DNA from: Gaiellaceae bacterium
GTDB lineage: Bacteria > Actinomycetota > Thermoleophilia > Gaiellales > Gaiellaceae
NCBI GenBank assembly: GCA_035532535.1
Contig: DATKQT010000035.1
Location: forward strand, 14,460 to 78,459
Length of the DNA: 64,000 bases
Reading direction: 5' to 3'
In this document: in pieces, positions 21,562-31,225 of the stretch
How positions within the stretch are numbered: the stretch's first letter is position 1
Layout of the letters: the number at the start of each line of letters is the position of its first letter
The notes under the pieces: generated by a model
Seen by the model: only the letters and a program-made list of their open reading frames with translations
What the model was told of the DNA's origin: nothing
The model's database searches: none
Position numbers and translations under genes: made by a program

Positions 21562-22764
21562 GTGGAGCTCGGTCGCTCGTCCGGAATCCTGCTCCATCCG
21601 ACCTCGCTCCCGGGCGGTCGACTGGGCGACGAGGCCTACCGCTTCGTCGACTGGCTGGCGGAGGCCGGGCAATCGTGGTGGCAGATGCTGCCGATCGGCC
21701 CGCCGGACGAATTCGGCTCGCCGTACCGGACGACGTCGGCGTTCGCGGGATCGCCGGCGCTGCTCGCCGATCCCGCGGCGCCGGTGAGCGCAGCGGAGAT
21801 CGAGGAGTTCGTCGGGGCGGAGCCGTACTGGAGCGCGGAGTGGGCGCACTTCGAGGGCGCAGGCTCGCTTGCCGACCAGGTGCGGTTCGACCGCGAGTGG
21901 ACGGCCCTGCGCAAATACGCACGCGAGCGCGGCGTGCGGCTGATCGGAGATGTCCCGATCTATGTCTCAGACATCGGCGCGGACATCCAGGCGTGGCCGG
22001 AGCTGTTCGCGCACGGCGAAGTCGCCGGCGCGCCGCCCGACCCGCTGAACGCGAACGGCCAGCACTGGGGCAACCCCTTGTACGACTGGCCGGCGCATCG
22101 CGCCACCGGCTTTCGCTGGTGGGTCGAGCGCTTCCGCCGCACGTTCGAGCACGTGGACATGGCGCGCATCGATCACTTCCGCGGCTTCGTCTCGTACTGG
22201 GCCATCCCCGCCGGCCTCAAGACAGCGCGCAACGGTCACTGGCGCCGCGCGCCCGGCGCCGAGCTCTTCGCCGCGATCGAAGCCGCGCTCGGCGATCTCC
22301 CTCTGATCGCGGAGGATCTCGGCGTGATCACGCCGCCGGTCTACCGCCTGCGCGACGAGCTCGGGCTCCCGGGCATCGTCGTCCTCCACTGGGCATTCGG
22401 CCGACCGCCGTCGAACTTGCACGCGCCCCCGAACCATCCGGAGAACGCGGTCGTGTACACGAGCACGCACGACACGGACACGGCGGTGGGATGGTTCGCC
22501 TCCTTGACCCGCAAACAGCAGGCGGCGACCGGGCTCGACCCGGCCGAGCCGAACTGGGGGCTGATCCGCCTCGCGATGACCTCGCGCGCGCGCCTCGCGA
22601 TCGTCCCCGTCCAGGACGTGCTCGGCCTCGGCACCGAGGGACGGATGAACTACCCCGGCCGGACGTACGGGAACTGGGGCTGGCGGTACCGCCGGGGCGA
22701 CCTGACTCCGGAGCTCGCGGCACGGCTGCGCGCAGCAACCGAGGGCGGTCGGCGGGTCGGGTGA
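21562..22764 (+). CDS. malQ: 4-alpha-glucanotransferase (GH77 amylomaltase)
   Basis: I prefer GTG 21562 because GGGAGAGGA lies 7 nt upstream and the N-terminus becomes MELGRSSGILLHPTSLPG, typical for MalQ. ATG 21544 is the alternative. Motifs WWQMLPIGP, LIGDVPIYV, RIDHFRGF, IAEDLG, YTSTHDTDT. Confidence 0.9.
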   Translation: MELGRSSGILLHPTSLPGGRLGDEAYRFVDWLAEAGQSWWQMLPIGPPDEFGSPYRTTSAFAGSPALLADPAAPVSAAEIEEFVGAEPYWSAEWAHFEGAGSLADQVRFDREWTALRKYARERGVRLIGDVPIYVSDIGADIQAWPELFAHGEVAGAPPDPLNANGQHWGNPLYDWPAHRATGFRWWVERFRRTFEHVDMARIDHFRGFVSYWAIPAGLKTARNGHWRRAPGAELFAAIEAALGDLPLIAEDLGVITPPVYRLRDELGLPGIVVLHWAFGRPPSNLHAPPNHPENAVVYTSTHDTDTAVGWFASLTRKQQAATGLDPAEPNWGLIRLAMTSRARLAIVPVQDVLGLGTEGRMNYPGRTYGNWGWRYRRGDLTPELAARLRAATEGGRRVG

Positions 22765-22771
22765 AAACGAG

Positions 22772-22796
22772 CAGCGCCCCTCGGGCAGGGGCGCTG
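22772..22796 (+). terminator. Hairpin terminator after malQ
   Basis: CAGCGCCCCT-CGGGC-AGGGGCGCTG, a 10-bp stem starting 8 nt after the stop, flanked by AAAACGA and TCGTTCGG. Confidence 0.65.
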
Positions 22797-22893
22797 TCGT
22801 TCGGTGCCGTACGGAGGGCTCTGCTCGACCCTATGCCCGGCCCTCGGGTCCAGTGGGCGGCGATCGTGTAACGGTCCGGTGAAAGCGCGCCGG

Positions 22894-24288
22894 ATGGCTA
22901 AGGTCAGGCCCGTGGAGGCGGTCGCCGAGTACGAGCGCAAGCTGGACGCTCCGGAGGGCTTCGAGCTCCCCGACCTGGGCGGGGAGCCGCTCGAGCCGCG
23001 CGTGTTCACGTCGATCTACCACGACACGGCCGACTGCTCGCTCGCGCACGCCGGGATCACGCTGCGCCGGCGCACAGAGCGGGGACGCAGCCTCTGGCAA
23101 CTGAAGCTCCCGGCCGGCGACGCGAGGCTCGAGCTCGAGGAGGTTGGTGGGCCTGCCGGAGCGCCGAAGTCGATCGCGCAGCTGCTCGTCGCGCACCTGC
23201 GGCACGGACCGGTCGCACCCGTCGCCGAGCTGCGCACACGCCGGCACGGAGCGCTCGTTGCGCGCAACGGCAGTACGGCCGAGGTGACGATCGACGACGT
23301 CTCGGTCATGGACGCGCTCCGCGTCGTCGAGGAGTTCGTCGAGATCGAGGTCGAGCTGAAGCAAGGCAAGCCGAAGCAGCTCGATGGCATCGCGAGCGAC
23401 CTGGAACACGCGGGCGCCCGGCTGACGGATGGCACGCCGAAGTTGTTCCGAGTGCTGCGTCTTCCGGTCGACCTCCATACGCCCACGGGTCCGCTCGATG
23501 CTCTGCGCATACGGCTGCACGCGCAGCTGCGCACCGTGCTCGCCAACGATCCCGGCACGCGGCTCGGCCGCGATCCGGAGAGCCTGCACGACATGCGCGT
23601 CGCCGTCCGCCGCTCGCGCGCGCTCTTGCGCGCCGGACAACCGCTGTACGCGAATGACGTGAGCGGTCTCGCCGAAGAGCTGCGCTGGGTGGGCGAGAAG
23701 CTCGGCGCCGTCCGCGACCTCGACGTCCTCCTCGAGCGCCTGCGTGCGGAGACCGAGGACCTGGATCCTGGCGACCGCACAGCATCTCGCGCTTTGCTGC
23801 GGACGCTCGAGCGGCGGCGCACGAGCGCGCGCACGTCGCTCCTGAAGGTGCTCGGCAGCGACCGATACTTCGCGCTGCTCGATCGCTTCGCCGCGGAGAT
23901 CGATGCGCTCACGTCCAGCGGTGTCGACGTCACGCTCGACGATCTTGCGAAGCGCGAGTTGAAGAAGCTGCGCAAGGACGTCCGCGCAACGGGCGCGGAG
24001 CCGGCGAACGACGAGCTGCACGCTCTACGCAAGCGCGGCAAGCGCGTCCGCTACGCATACGAGCTCGCCGGGAAGAACGCGGTCGTCAAGCATGCCAAAG
24101 CGCTGCAGGACGTCCTCGGCGAGCATCAGGACTCTGTCGTCGCGGAGACGACGCTGCGCGACCTCTCCTCGGCGCCGGACAGGGCGATCGTCGCCGGCCG
24201 CCTGATCGAGCGCGAGCGCGCCCGGCGCGCAAACGCGCGCAATCGTTGGCGCAAGGCCTGGGACAGCCTCGCCCGCGCCGCGAAGTGA
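22894..24288 (+). CDS. CYTH (triphosphate tunnel metalloenzyme) - CHAD two-domain protein
   Basis: ORF trimmed to ATG 22894. CYTH signature EYERKL near the N-terminus plus ITLRRR, WQLKLP, EIEVEL strands. CHAD helices LHDMRVAVRRSRALLR, LHALRKRGKRVRYAYEL, LGEHQDSVV. Confidence 0.85.
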   Translation: MAKVRPVEAVAEYERKLDAPEGFELPDLGGEPLEPRVFTSIYHDTADCSLAHAGITLRRRTERGRSLWQLKLPAGDARLELEEVGGPAGAPKSIAQLLVAHLRHGPVAPVAELRTRRHGALVARNGSTAEVTIDDVSVMDALRVVEEFVEIEVELKQGKPKQLDGIASDLEHAGARLTDGTPKLFRVLRLPVDLHTPTGPLDALRIRLHAQLRTVLANDPGTRLGRDPESLHDMRVAVRRSRALLRAGQPLYANDVSGLAEELRWVGEKLGAVRDLDVLLERLRAETEDLDPGDRTASRALLRTLERRRTSARTSLLKVLGSDRYFALLDRFAAEIDALTSSGVDVTLDDLAKRELKKLRKDVRATGAEPANDELHALRKRGKRVRYAYELAGKNAVVKHAKALQDVLGEHQDSVVAETTLRDLSSAPDRAIVAGRLIERERARRANARNRWRKAWDSLARAAK

Positions 24289-24653
24289 CCGACGTCGTCC
24301 GCGCAGCCGGCGGCGTGATCCAGCGCGGCGGCGACGTGCTCCTCGTGCATCGTCCGAGATATGACGACTGGACCTTTCCGAAAGGGAAAGCGGAGGAGGG
24401 CGAGTCGGACGAGGACTGCGCGCTCCGTGAGGTGCACGAGGAGACCGGCCTGCGCTGTGTGCTCGAGGACGAGCTTCCCTCGACGCACTACGTCGATGCG
24501 AAGGGCAGGCCGAAGCGCGTGCGCTGGTGGCGCATGAGCGTGCAGGCGGACGACGGCTTTGCGGCGAACGAGGAGGTCGACGAACTGCGCTGGGTCGACC
24601 AGGTGACGGCCGCTGGCCTCCTCAGCTATCCGCGCGACGTGACCTTGCTCTAG
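24285..24653 (+). CDS. Nudix hydrolase
   Basis: GTG 24285 overlaps the CHAD stop (GTGA). Nudix box GKAEEGESDEDCALREVHEETGL. Confidence 0.85.
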   Translation: MTDVVRAAGGVIQRGGDVLLVHRPRYDDWTFPKGKAEEGESDEDCALREVHEETGLRCVLEDELPSTHYVDAKGRPKRVRWWRMSVQADDGFAANEEVDELRWVDQVTAAGLLSYPRDVTLL

Positions 24654-25507
24654 GCGGCGAGCTCGGCGAGGGTGGCAAGCACCGCGCCCTCGCGGATGCC
24701 GCCGTCGCACACGTGGAGGGGAACGCCGAGCCGCTGCTGGACCTCGGAGAGGAGCACGATTCCGGCCGGGAGAATCCGGGCACGGGTTCGATGCACGCCG
24801 TACCGGCGCGCGATGGTCTGTTCGCGCTTCGTCTCGACAATGCGCAGCGCTTCCGCGAGCTCTGCCTCGCCGAGCCAGGGACCGACGAGCCGACGCGCCG
24901 CGCGCGCGCTGCCGCCGACGGCGAGAGCGACCTCGACCTGCGGCGGCACGACCGCCTCGAATGCCCGCGACGCTTCGGCCTGAGCAGCCTCGGTTCCTTC
25001 GACGCGCTCCGTCAACCGAACGGAGCCGAGGTCGACGGACCGCACCCAGCGGGGGTCCGCTCCGGGAGCTCCGACGGCTATCTCCGTCGATGCGCCCCCG
25101 ACGTCGCAGACCGCGATCGCACGCGGCAAGGGGACGTCGGCGGTCGCGACCGCCCCGGCGTAGGCGAGCCGTCCCTCCTCCTCGGTCGAGAGCACGCGCA
25201 CCATGTGTGCCGCAGTGCGCGTGATCGCGTCGACGAGCGCGTCGGCATTCGCGCTCTGCCGGCCCGGCGCGGTGAGGAACACGTCGAGCGTCTCTGCGCC
25301 GCCGCGGCGTGCCAGGCCGCAGAGCTTGCCGACGGCTTTCGCGGCGGCCGCAATGCTCACGTCGGAGACGACACCGGTGCGCTCGATCTCCGCGCCGAGC
25401 GAGAGCCGCACGCGCTCCTTCTCCAGCGGTACGAGGTCGCGGCCGTCCACCTGCGCCAGGAGCAGGCGAATGGTGTTCGACCCGACGTCGACGACTCCGA
25501 TGCGCAC
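24650..25507 (-). CDS. ppx: Ppx/GppA-family exopolyphosphatase (short form)
   Basis: ORF 24650..25972 trimmed to GTG 25507 (VRIGVVDVGSNTIRLLL). Second phosphate loop CDVGGASTEI. The upstream part of the ORF is Arg/Pro junk. Confidence 0.85.
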   Translation of the reverse strand: MRIGVVDVGSNTIRLLLAQVDGRDLVPLEKERVRLSLGAEIERTGVVSDVSIAAAAKAVGKLCGLARRGGAETLDVFLTAPGRQSANADALVDAITRTAAHMVRVLSTEEEGRLAYAGAVATADVPLPRAIAVCDVGGASTEIAVGAPGADPRWVRSVDLGSVRLTERVEGTEAAQAEASRAFEAVVPPQVEVALAVGGSARAARRLVGPWLGEAELAEALRIVETKREQTIARRYGVHRTRARILPAGIVLLSEVQQRLGVPLHVCDGGIREGAVLATLAELAA

Positions 25508-25587
25508 AACCGTGCATGGTAGGTCCCCCGCCGGAGGACGGCTCAATCGCGCTGTGAACAGCCGGGGCCGAAGTCGCGAGAACGTTG

Positions 25588-27681
25588 CTATCGCGCCGCG
25601 CGGGCGAGCGAGACCCGGCGGCGGGCCCGCCGCATCATCGTTGCCTGCGCCGAGCGGATGCGCTCGTCCTTCTTCGTCCGGACGCGCTCCCACGTTCCGT
25701 CGGAGCGAAGCTCCCACGAGGAGGTGTTGTCGGTGAGCAGCGTCTCGAAGGTCGCGGCCAGCTCGGCCTGGATCGCGACGTCCTCCACCGGCGCGACGAC
25801 CTCGACGCGATGGTCGAGGTTGCGCGGCATCATGTCCGCGCTCCCGAGGTAGTACGCGGTGCGGTCGCCTGCCTCGAAGAAGAAGAGGCGGCTGTGCTCC
25901 AGAAAGCGGCCGAGCACACTGCGCACGCGGATGTTGTCGCTCAGTCCGGGAATCCCCGGGCGGAGCGAGCACACACCGCGCACGAGCAGTTCGATGCGTG
26001 CGCCGGCCTCCGACGCGGCATACAGCTCGTCGATCACCTCGGTGTGCGTGAGCCCGTTCACCTTGATGCGGATGCGGGCCCTGCGACCGTCACGCGCCGC
26101 CGCCGCGACTCCGCGGATCTCGTCGATGAGGCGCTGCCGCAGCGTGAACGGTGCGACGAGCAGCTTGCGGAAATGGGCGGGACGGCCGAAACCCGTGACG
26201 TAGTTGAAGAGATCGGCGACGTCGGCGGCGATGTCCTCGTCCGCGGTGAAGAGACCAAAGTCCTCGTACGCGCGCGCGGTGACGCTGTTGTAGTTGCCTG
26301 TGCCGATGTGGACGTACCGGCGGAGCCCGCCTCCCTCGCGACGGACGACGAGCGTCATCTTCGCGTGGATCTTCAGCGACGGGAATCCATACGCGACGTG
26401 TACACCCGCCTGCTCCATCGCCCGCGACCACTCGATGTTTCGCCGCTCGTCACCGCGAGCCTTGATCTCGACGAGACACACGGTCTGCTTACCGTTCTCC
26501 GAGGCCTCGATCAACGCCGGCACGAGCGGCGACTCGTCGCTCGTCCGATACACCGTCGACTTGAGCGCGATGACGTCCGGGTCCTGGGCGCATTCGTCTG
26601 CGAATGACTGGAAGCTCGCCCCGAACGAGTCATAGGGATGGTGGACGAGCACGTCGCCTGCGCGGATGACCGCGAACTGCTCGTCGGCCTCGACGTTCGC
26701 GAGCGGCGGCCGCGCAACCGGCAACCACGGGTCGAGCTTCAGGTCGGGCCGGTCGAGTCTCGTCAGCTCGTTCGCGTCGGCGAGGTCGAGGATCCCCGTC
26801 ACGGGATAGACGAGGTCGTCGGCGACTCTGAGGCCCTGCTGCAGACGCTCACGCATCGGGCGGGACATCGAGCTCGACACCTCGAGACGCGTGACCTCCC
26901 CGAAGCGCCGCCGGCGAAGCTCGAGCTCGACCGCCTCGAGCAGGTCATCGGCCTCGTCCGAGACCTCGAGATCGGCGTCGCGCGTGACCCGGAACACCGA
27001 GCGCTCGAGGATGTCCATGCCGGGGAAGAGAGACGGCAAGAAGTGTGTGAGCACCTGCTCGAGCGGAACGAAGCGGCCGGCGTCGCCGACGGAGACGAAC
27101 CGGGGCAGACCCTCGGGAACCTTCACGCGCGCGAACCGCTCGTCGCCCGACTCGGGATCGCGGGCGAACACGGCGAGGCTGACGGAGAGCGCCGAGATGT
27201 ACGGGAAGGGCTGGCCCGGCCCGACGGCCAGCGGCGTCAGCACCGGGTAGATCTCATGCTCGTACAGGTGCACGAGCTCCTTCAGCTCGTGGCCGCCGAG
27301 ATCGTCGATCCCGGACACCACGATGCCCTCGTCGGAGAGGGCCGGACACAGCTCGTCGGACCAGATCCGTGCCTGCTCCGCGTACAGCTCGAGGACCCGC
27401 GCGCGCGACTCAGCGATCGTCTGCTGCGGCGTCCGCCCATCCGGCGAGCGCACGGCGACGCCGGCCGCCGCCTGACCCGTGAGGCCGGCGATGCGCGTCA
27501 TGAAGAACTCGTCCAGCATCGAGGAGAAGATCGCGCAGAAGCGCACGCGCTCCAGGAGCGGCAGGCTCGCGTCGGAGGCGATGTCGAGCACGCGGGCGTC
27601 GTAGTCGAGGAAGGACAGCTCGCGGTTGATGAGCCGATCGCCGCCGGTCGGAGCCCGCTTCTTTCCACGCACAGCTGCCAT
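25588..27681 (-). CDS. ppk: Polyphosphate kinase 1
   Basis: INRELSFLDYDARVL near the N-terminus; HKD-like KIHAKMTLVVRRE and GSADMMPRNLDHRVE. The start is ATG 27681, or GTG 27696 as in the ORF track. Confidence 0.9.
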   Translation of the reverse strand: MAAVRGKKRAPTGGDRLINRELSFLDYDARVLDIASDASLPLLERVRFCAIFSSMLDEFFMTRIAGLTGQAAAGVAVRSPDGRTPQQTIAESRARVLELYAEQARIWSDELCPALSDEGIVVSGIDDLGGHELKELVHLYEHEIYPVLTPLAVGPGQPFPYISALSVSLAVFARDPESGDERFARVKVPEGLPRFVSVGDAGRFVPLEQVLTHFLPSLFPGMDILERSVFRVTRDADLEVSDEADDLLEAVELELRRRRFGEVTRLEVSSSMSRPMRERLQQGLRVADDLVYPVTGILDLADANELTRLDRPDLKLDPWLPVARPPLANVEADEQFAVIRAGDVLVHHPYDSFGASFQSFADECAQDPDVIALKSTVYRTSDESPLVPALIEASENGKQTVCLVEIKARGDERRNIEWSRAMEQAGVHVAYGFPSLKIHAKMTLVVRREGGGLRRYVHIGTGNYNSVTARAYEDFGLFTADEDIAADVADLFNYVTGFGRPAHFRKLLVAPFTLRQRLIDEIRGVAAAARDGRRARIRIKVNGLTHTEVIDELYAASEAGARIELLVRGVCSLRPGIPGLSDNIRVRSVLGRFLEHSRLFFFEAGDRTAYYLGSADMMPRNLDHRVEVVAPVEDVAIQAELAATFETLLTDNTSSWELRSDGTWERVRTKKDERIRSAQATMMRRARRRVSLARAAR

Positions 27682-27778
27682 GGGGACAGACCACACTATG
27701 CCTCTGCGCCCTCGCGGCGGGTTGCGATCCGGTTACGAGACGGCGAAGCACCCTGCCGAGCCTTCCTGCTGAATAGCG

Positions 27779-28360
27779 CTACCTGCGACGCCAGAGCGGC
27801 GCGACGAGCGGATCGCTGATCCGCTCGACGAGACGCACGACTCGGTCGACGACCGGGCCAAGCAAGCGGACGACCACGAACGCCGCGGCGGCGCCCACGA
27901 TGACGCCGGCGAGGACGTCACTCGGGTAGTGCGCCCCGATGAAGAGCCGGCCCACAGCGATCACGATCGCCGCCAGAAGGAGAAAGGCCCCCGCCGCAGC
28001 GTCCAAAGCGATCACCGCGAACGCGATCGCGAACGAAACACTCGCGTGGTCGCTCGGGAACGACGCGTCGGTGGCACTCGACCACGGATGACTGATGACG
28101 TGCGACTCATACGGACGCGGGCGATCCCAGATGGAGTGGATGACGAAGTTCACGACATACCCGAGCGCCGCCGCGGCGAAGCCGTTGCCGGCCGCCAGCT
28201 TCCAGCGCCTGTCACCGCCTGGGCGCGAGAAGAACCACAGAGCGCCCGTCGCGACGACCATGAACGGGATGCTCGCCGCCTCGATGCCGTGGAAGAGGCT
28301 CCCTACCCAGTGGTGGTGCAGGGAAACGTCATAAATCGCCTTGTAAAGTCGCCAGTCCAT
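27779..28360 (-). CDS. PAP2-superfamily membrane phosphatase
   Basis: Acid-phosphatase motifs IWDRPRP, FPSDHAS, GRLFIGAHYPSDV; about 5-6 TM helices. Confidence 0.85.
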   Translation of the reverse strand: MDWRLYKAIYDVSLHHHWVGSLFHGIEAASIPFMVVATGALWFFSRPGGDRRWKLAAGNGFAAAALGYVVNFVIHSIWDRPRPYESHVISHPWSSATDASFPSDHASVSFAIAFAVIALDAAAGAFLLLAAIVIAVGRLFIGAHYPSDVLAGVIVGAAAAFVVVRLLGPVVDRVVRLVERISDPLVAPLWRRR

Positions 28361-28369
28361 GCCGACAGC

Positions 28370-29035
28370 TTACGCAGCAGGATGTGAGGCGTCGGTGAAC
28401 TCGCGAAACTCCGCCGTGAGCAGGTAAGCCGTCTGCTCGCCGATGTCCACCGCACGGTCGCCGATGCGCTCGATCGTGCGGGCGACGACCACCATGCGCA
28501 GCCCCCATTCGCGCAACGACGGCTCGGCCATGACGTCGACGAGGCGCTCGACGAAACGGCGGTTCGCCCGATCGATCAGCTCGTCCAGCTCGACGAGGCT
28601 CTCCGCTCCGGCGAGATCACGAGCTGAAAACGAGTCGAGCGCGACCCGCACCATCTCCTCGGCGCGGTCGCCCATTTCGACGAGCACGCCGCTGAGAGCC
28701 GGATCGGGATCCGCATCGGACACAAGTTTCGACAACTTTGCGACGGTGACGCAGCCATCGCCGCTGCGCTCGAGCAGCAGATTGATGTGGAGCAGCGCCA
28801 GAAGCAACCGGAGGTCGCGGGCGACGGGAGTCTGCAGCGCGAGCAGCGCCTGGATCGAACCCTCGATGGCGAGGAACAGCTGGTCGATCTCGTCGTCGAA
28901 GGCAATCACCTCGTCGGCGAGCTCGACGTCCCGTTCCTGAAGCGCCCGGATCGCGCCACGGACGGCGCTGAGCACGCGCTGGCCCTCTTCCTGGAGCTGC
29001 GCCTCGATCCGGTCTAGGGCTTCGTCGATCGCCAT
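28370..29035 (-). CDS. phoU: Phosphate signalling complex protein PhoU
   Basis: ORF trimmed to ATG 29035 (MAIDEALDRIE..). Two PhoU repeats (DDEIDQLFL.. and DELIDRANRRF..IERIGDRAVDIGE). TACGGT lies 6 nt upstream of the ATG. Confidence 0.9.
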   Translation of the reverse strand: MAIDEALDRIEAQLQEEGQRVLSAVRGAIRALQERDVELADEVIAFDDEIDQLFLAIEGSIQALLALQTPVARDLRLLLALLHINLLLERSGDGCVTVAKLSKLVSDADPDPALSGVLVEMGDRAEEMVRVALDSFSARDLAGAESLVELDELIDRANRRFVERLVDVMAEPSLREWGLRMVVVARTIERIGDRAVDIGEQTAYLLTAEFREFTDASHPAA

Positions 29036-29044
29036 CACGACACC

Positions 29045-29099
29045 GTACACCTGATGGGTACTGGCGTTGGAGTGTACGTCACCACTCCGTAACCGGCCC
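29045..29099. promoter_or_regulatory. Candidate degenerate PHO boxes in the phoU-pstS divergent region
   Basis: In 11-nt register: GTACACCTGAT / GGGTACTGGCG / TTGGAGTGTAC / GTCACCACTCC / GTAACCGGCCC. Units 1, 4 and 5 resemble the GTTCACC core seen perfectly at 35479-35511. Confidence 0.35.
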
Positions 29100-29172
29100 G
29101 CAACAGGCCGTTTTCCCATTCGTCTCCGACCTGGCCGTACGTTGGCCGCGAACCCAAGGAGGAGGAAATTCA

Positions 29173-30228
29173 ATGCCGAAACTCGGCACTTCGATTCGCA
29201 TCATCAGCGCCGTTGCGGCGGCCGCGTTTCTCGCGGTCATCGTCGTCGGAACGGCAAACGCAAAGGCGGTGCGCCAGTCCAGCACCATCATCTCGGGTGC
29301 CGGCAGCACGTTCGTCGCGCCACTCATCGCCCAGTGGATTTCACCGATCGGCTCCGCCTACGGCTACGAGCTGCAGTACAGCGCCGTCGGCTCGGGCGCG
29401 GGCATCACGTCGATCACCTCGCGCACGGTCGACTTCGGCGCGAGCGATGCGCCGCTGTCGCCCGACCAGTTCACGGCCTGCAACGGCTGCGAGCAGATTC
29501 CGTGGGCGCTCGGCGCCACCGCCGTCCTCTACAACCTGCCCGGCGTCAAGAGCCTGCTGCACATGACGGGGCCTGTGCTCGCAGACATCTTCTCGGGGAA
29601 GGTCACGACCTGGGACAATCCCAAGATCGCGAAGCTGAACCCAGGCGTCTCGCTCCCGAGCACGAAGATCTCGATCGCCCACCGCTCCGATAACTCCGGC
29701 ACGACCTACAACTTCACCGACTACCTCTCCCACGTCAGCCCGTCGTGGAAGGCGCAGATCGGGACGGGTGTCGCGGTCAACTGGCCGGTCGGCTCGGCCG
29801 GCAAAGGAAGCTCTGGCGTCGCCGCGATCGTGTCGCAGACACCGGGCGCGATCGGATACGCCGACATCGCCTACGCACTGACCAACCACCTGAAATACTT
29901 CGCGATGAAGAATGCCGCCGGCAAGTTCACGACGCCGGGCCTGCGCGCGATGGTCTCGGCCGCCCAGAGCGATGTGCATCCCGCTGCCGACAACTCGCTC
30001 TCGATCGTCGATCCGCCCGCGAACAAGAAGTACATCAATGCGTATCCCATCTGCACCTTCACGTACGTGATCGTGCCCCTCCAGTCCAGCAAGGCCGCCC
30101 AACTGAGGAAGTTCCTCTTCTGGGCGGTCACGAAGGGCCAGACCTACGGCCCCAGGATCCTCTTCCAGCCTCTCCCGAAGCCCGTCCTCGTCGTCGACGA
30201 GAAGGCGATCGCAAAGATCCACTCGTAG
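29173..30228 (+). CDS. pstS: Phosphate ABC transporter substrate-binding protein
   Basis: AGGAGGAGG RBS upstream, a signal peptide, and motifs SGAGSTFVAPL, GSGAGI, DFGASDAP. Confidence 0.95.
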   Translation: MPKLGTSIRIISAVAAAAFLAVIVVGTANAKAVRQSSTIISGAGSTFVAPLIAQWISPIGSAYGYELQYSAVGSGAGITSITSRTVDFGASDAPLSPDQFTACNGCEQIPWALGATAVLYNLPGVKSLLHMTGPVLADIFSGKVTTWDNPKIAKLNPGVSLPSTKISIAHRSDNSGTTYNFTDYLSHVSPSWKAQIGTGVAVNWPVGSAGKGSSGVAAIVSQTPGAIGYADIAYALTNHLKYFAMKNAAGKFTTPGLRAMVSAAQSDVHPAADNSLSIVDPPANKKYINAYPICTFTYVIVPLQSSKAAQLRKFLFWAVTKGQTYGPRILFQPLPKPVLVVDEKAIAKIHS

Positions 30229-30235
30229 GGACCGT

Positions 30236-31225
30236 GTGACCACGCTCGACCTCAACGAGGCCACCCGCCGCCCCTTTACGGGGCGGCGGGTGCGCTTCGG
30301 GGACGTCGCGCTGCAGGTCGTCGCGGGAACGGCCGCACTTGCCGTGACCGTCCTCGTCGGGCTGATCGTCTGGAAGGTGGTCGACGGCGCGCGGCTGTCG
30401 ATCGCAACGTACGGCCTGCACTTCGTCTGGCGAGTGGCATGGAACCCGGTCGTCGGCCGTGAGGTCTATGGCGCCGGCAGCTTTTTGTTCGGCACCGCGA
30501 TCACCTCGCTGTTCGCGCTCGCACTCGCCACACCGCTCGCACTCGGGATCGCGCTCTTCCTGAGCGAGCTCGCACCGCGCGGCCTGCGCGCACCGGTGAC
30601 AGCACTCGTCGAGACGCTTGCCGCGATCCCGAGCGTCGTCATCGGGCTCTGGGGGATCCTCGTTCTCGGACCGGCCCTCCGAACGCACATCGAGGGCTGG
30701 CTGCACTCCGTGTTCGGCTTCATCCCTCTCTTCGGCGACCCGTCGGCCGCCGGCGCGAGCATCTTCACGGCGATCATCGTCCTGACGATCATGATCCTGC
30801 CGATCGTCTCGAGCATCAGCCGCGAGCTCTTTCTCGGCGTGCCGCACGAGCTGAAGGAGGGCGCGCTCGCCCTCGGCACCACGCGCTGGGAAATGGTGCG
30901 CGGGGTCGTCTTCCCGTATGCACGGGGCGGCATCGCAGCCGCGCTCATCCTCGGCCTCGGACGCGCGATGGGCGAGGCGATCGCCGTCACGCAAGTGATC
31001 GGCGGCGGTGTCTTCATCCACTGGAGCCTGTTCGGCCAGGGCGACACGCTTGCGAGCAAGATCGCTTCCTCGTATCAAGGTTCGACGACGAACCTCTCGA
31101 CGTCCTCGCTCGTCTACCTCGGGCTGATCCTGCTCGTATTCTCGCTTCTGGCGAATGTCACGGCGCAGTGGATCGTCCGTCGCGTCGCGCGCCGTCACGG
31201 CGTCACGCGCGGAGGGCACGCGTGA
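30236..31225 (+). CDS. pstC: Phosphate ABC transporter permease PstC
   Basis: 329 aa, 6 TM helices, permease loop [22 protein letters not shown]. Confidence 0.9.
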   Translation: MTTLDLNEATRRPFTGRRVRFGDVALQVVAGTAALAVTVLVGLIVWKVVDGARLSIATYGLHFVWRVAWNPVVGREVYGAGSFLFGTAITSLFALALATPLALGIALFLSELAPRGLRAPVTALVETLAAIPSVVIGLWGILVLGPALRTHIEGWLHSVFGFIPLFGDPSAAGASIFTAIIVLTIMILPIVSSISRELFLGVPHELKEGALALGTTRWEMVRGVVFPYARGGIAAALILGLGRAMGEAIAVTQVIGGGVFIHWSLFGQGDTLASKIASSYQGSTTNLSTSSLVYLGLILLVFSLLANVTAQWIVRRVARRHGVTRGGHA

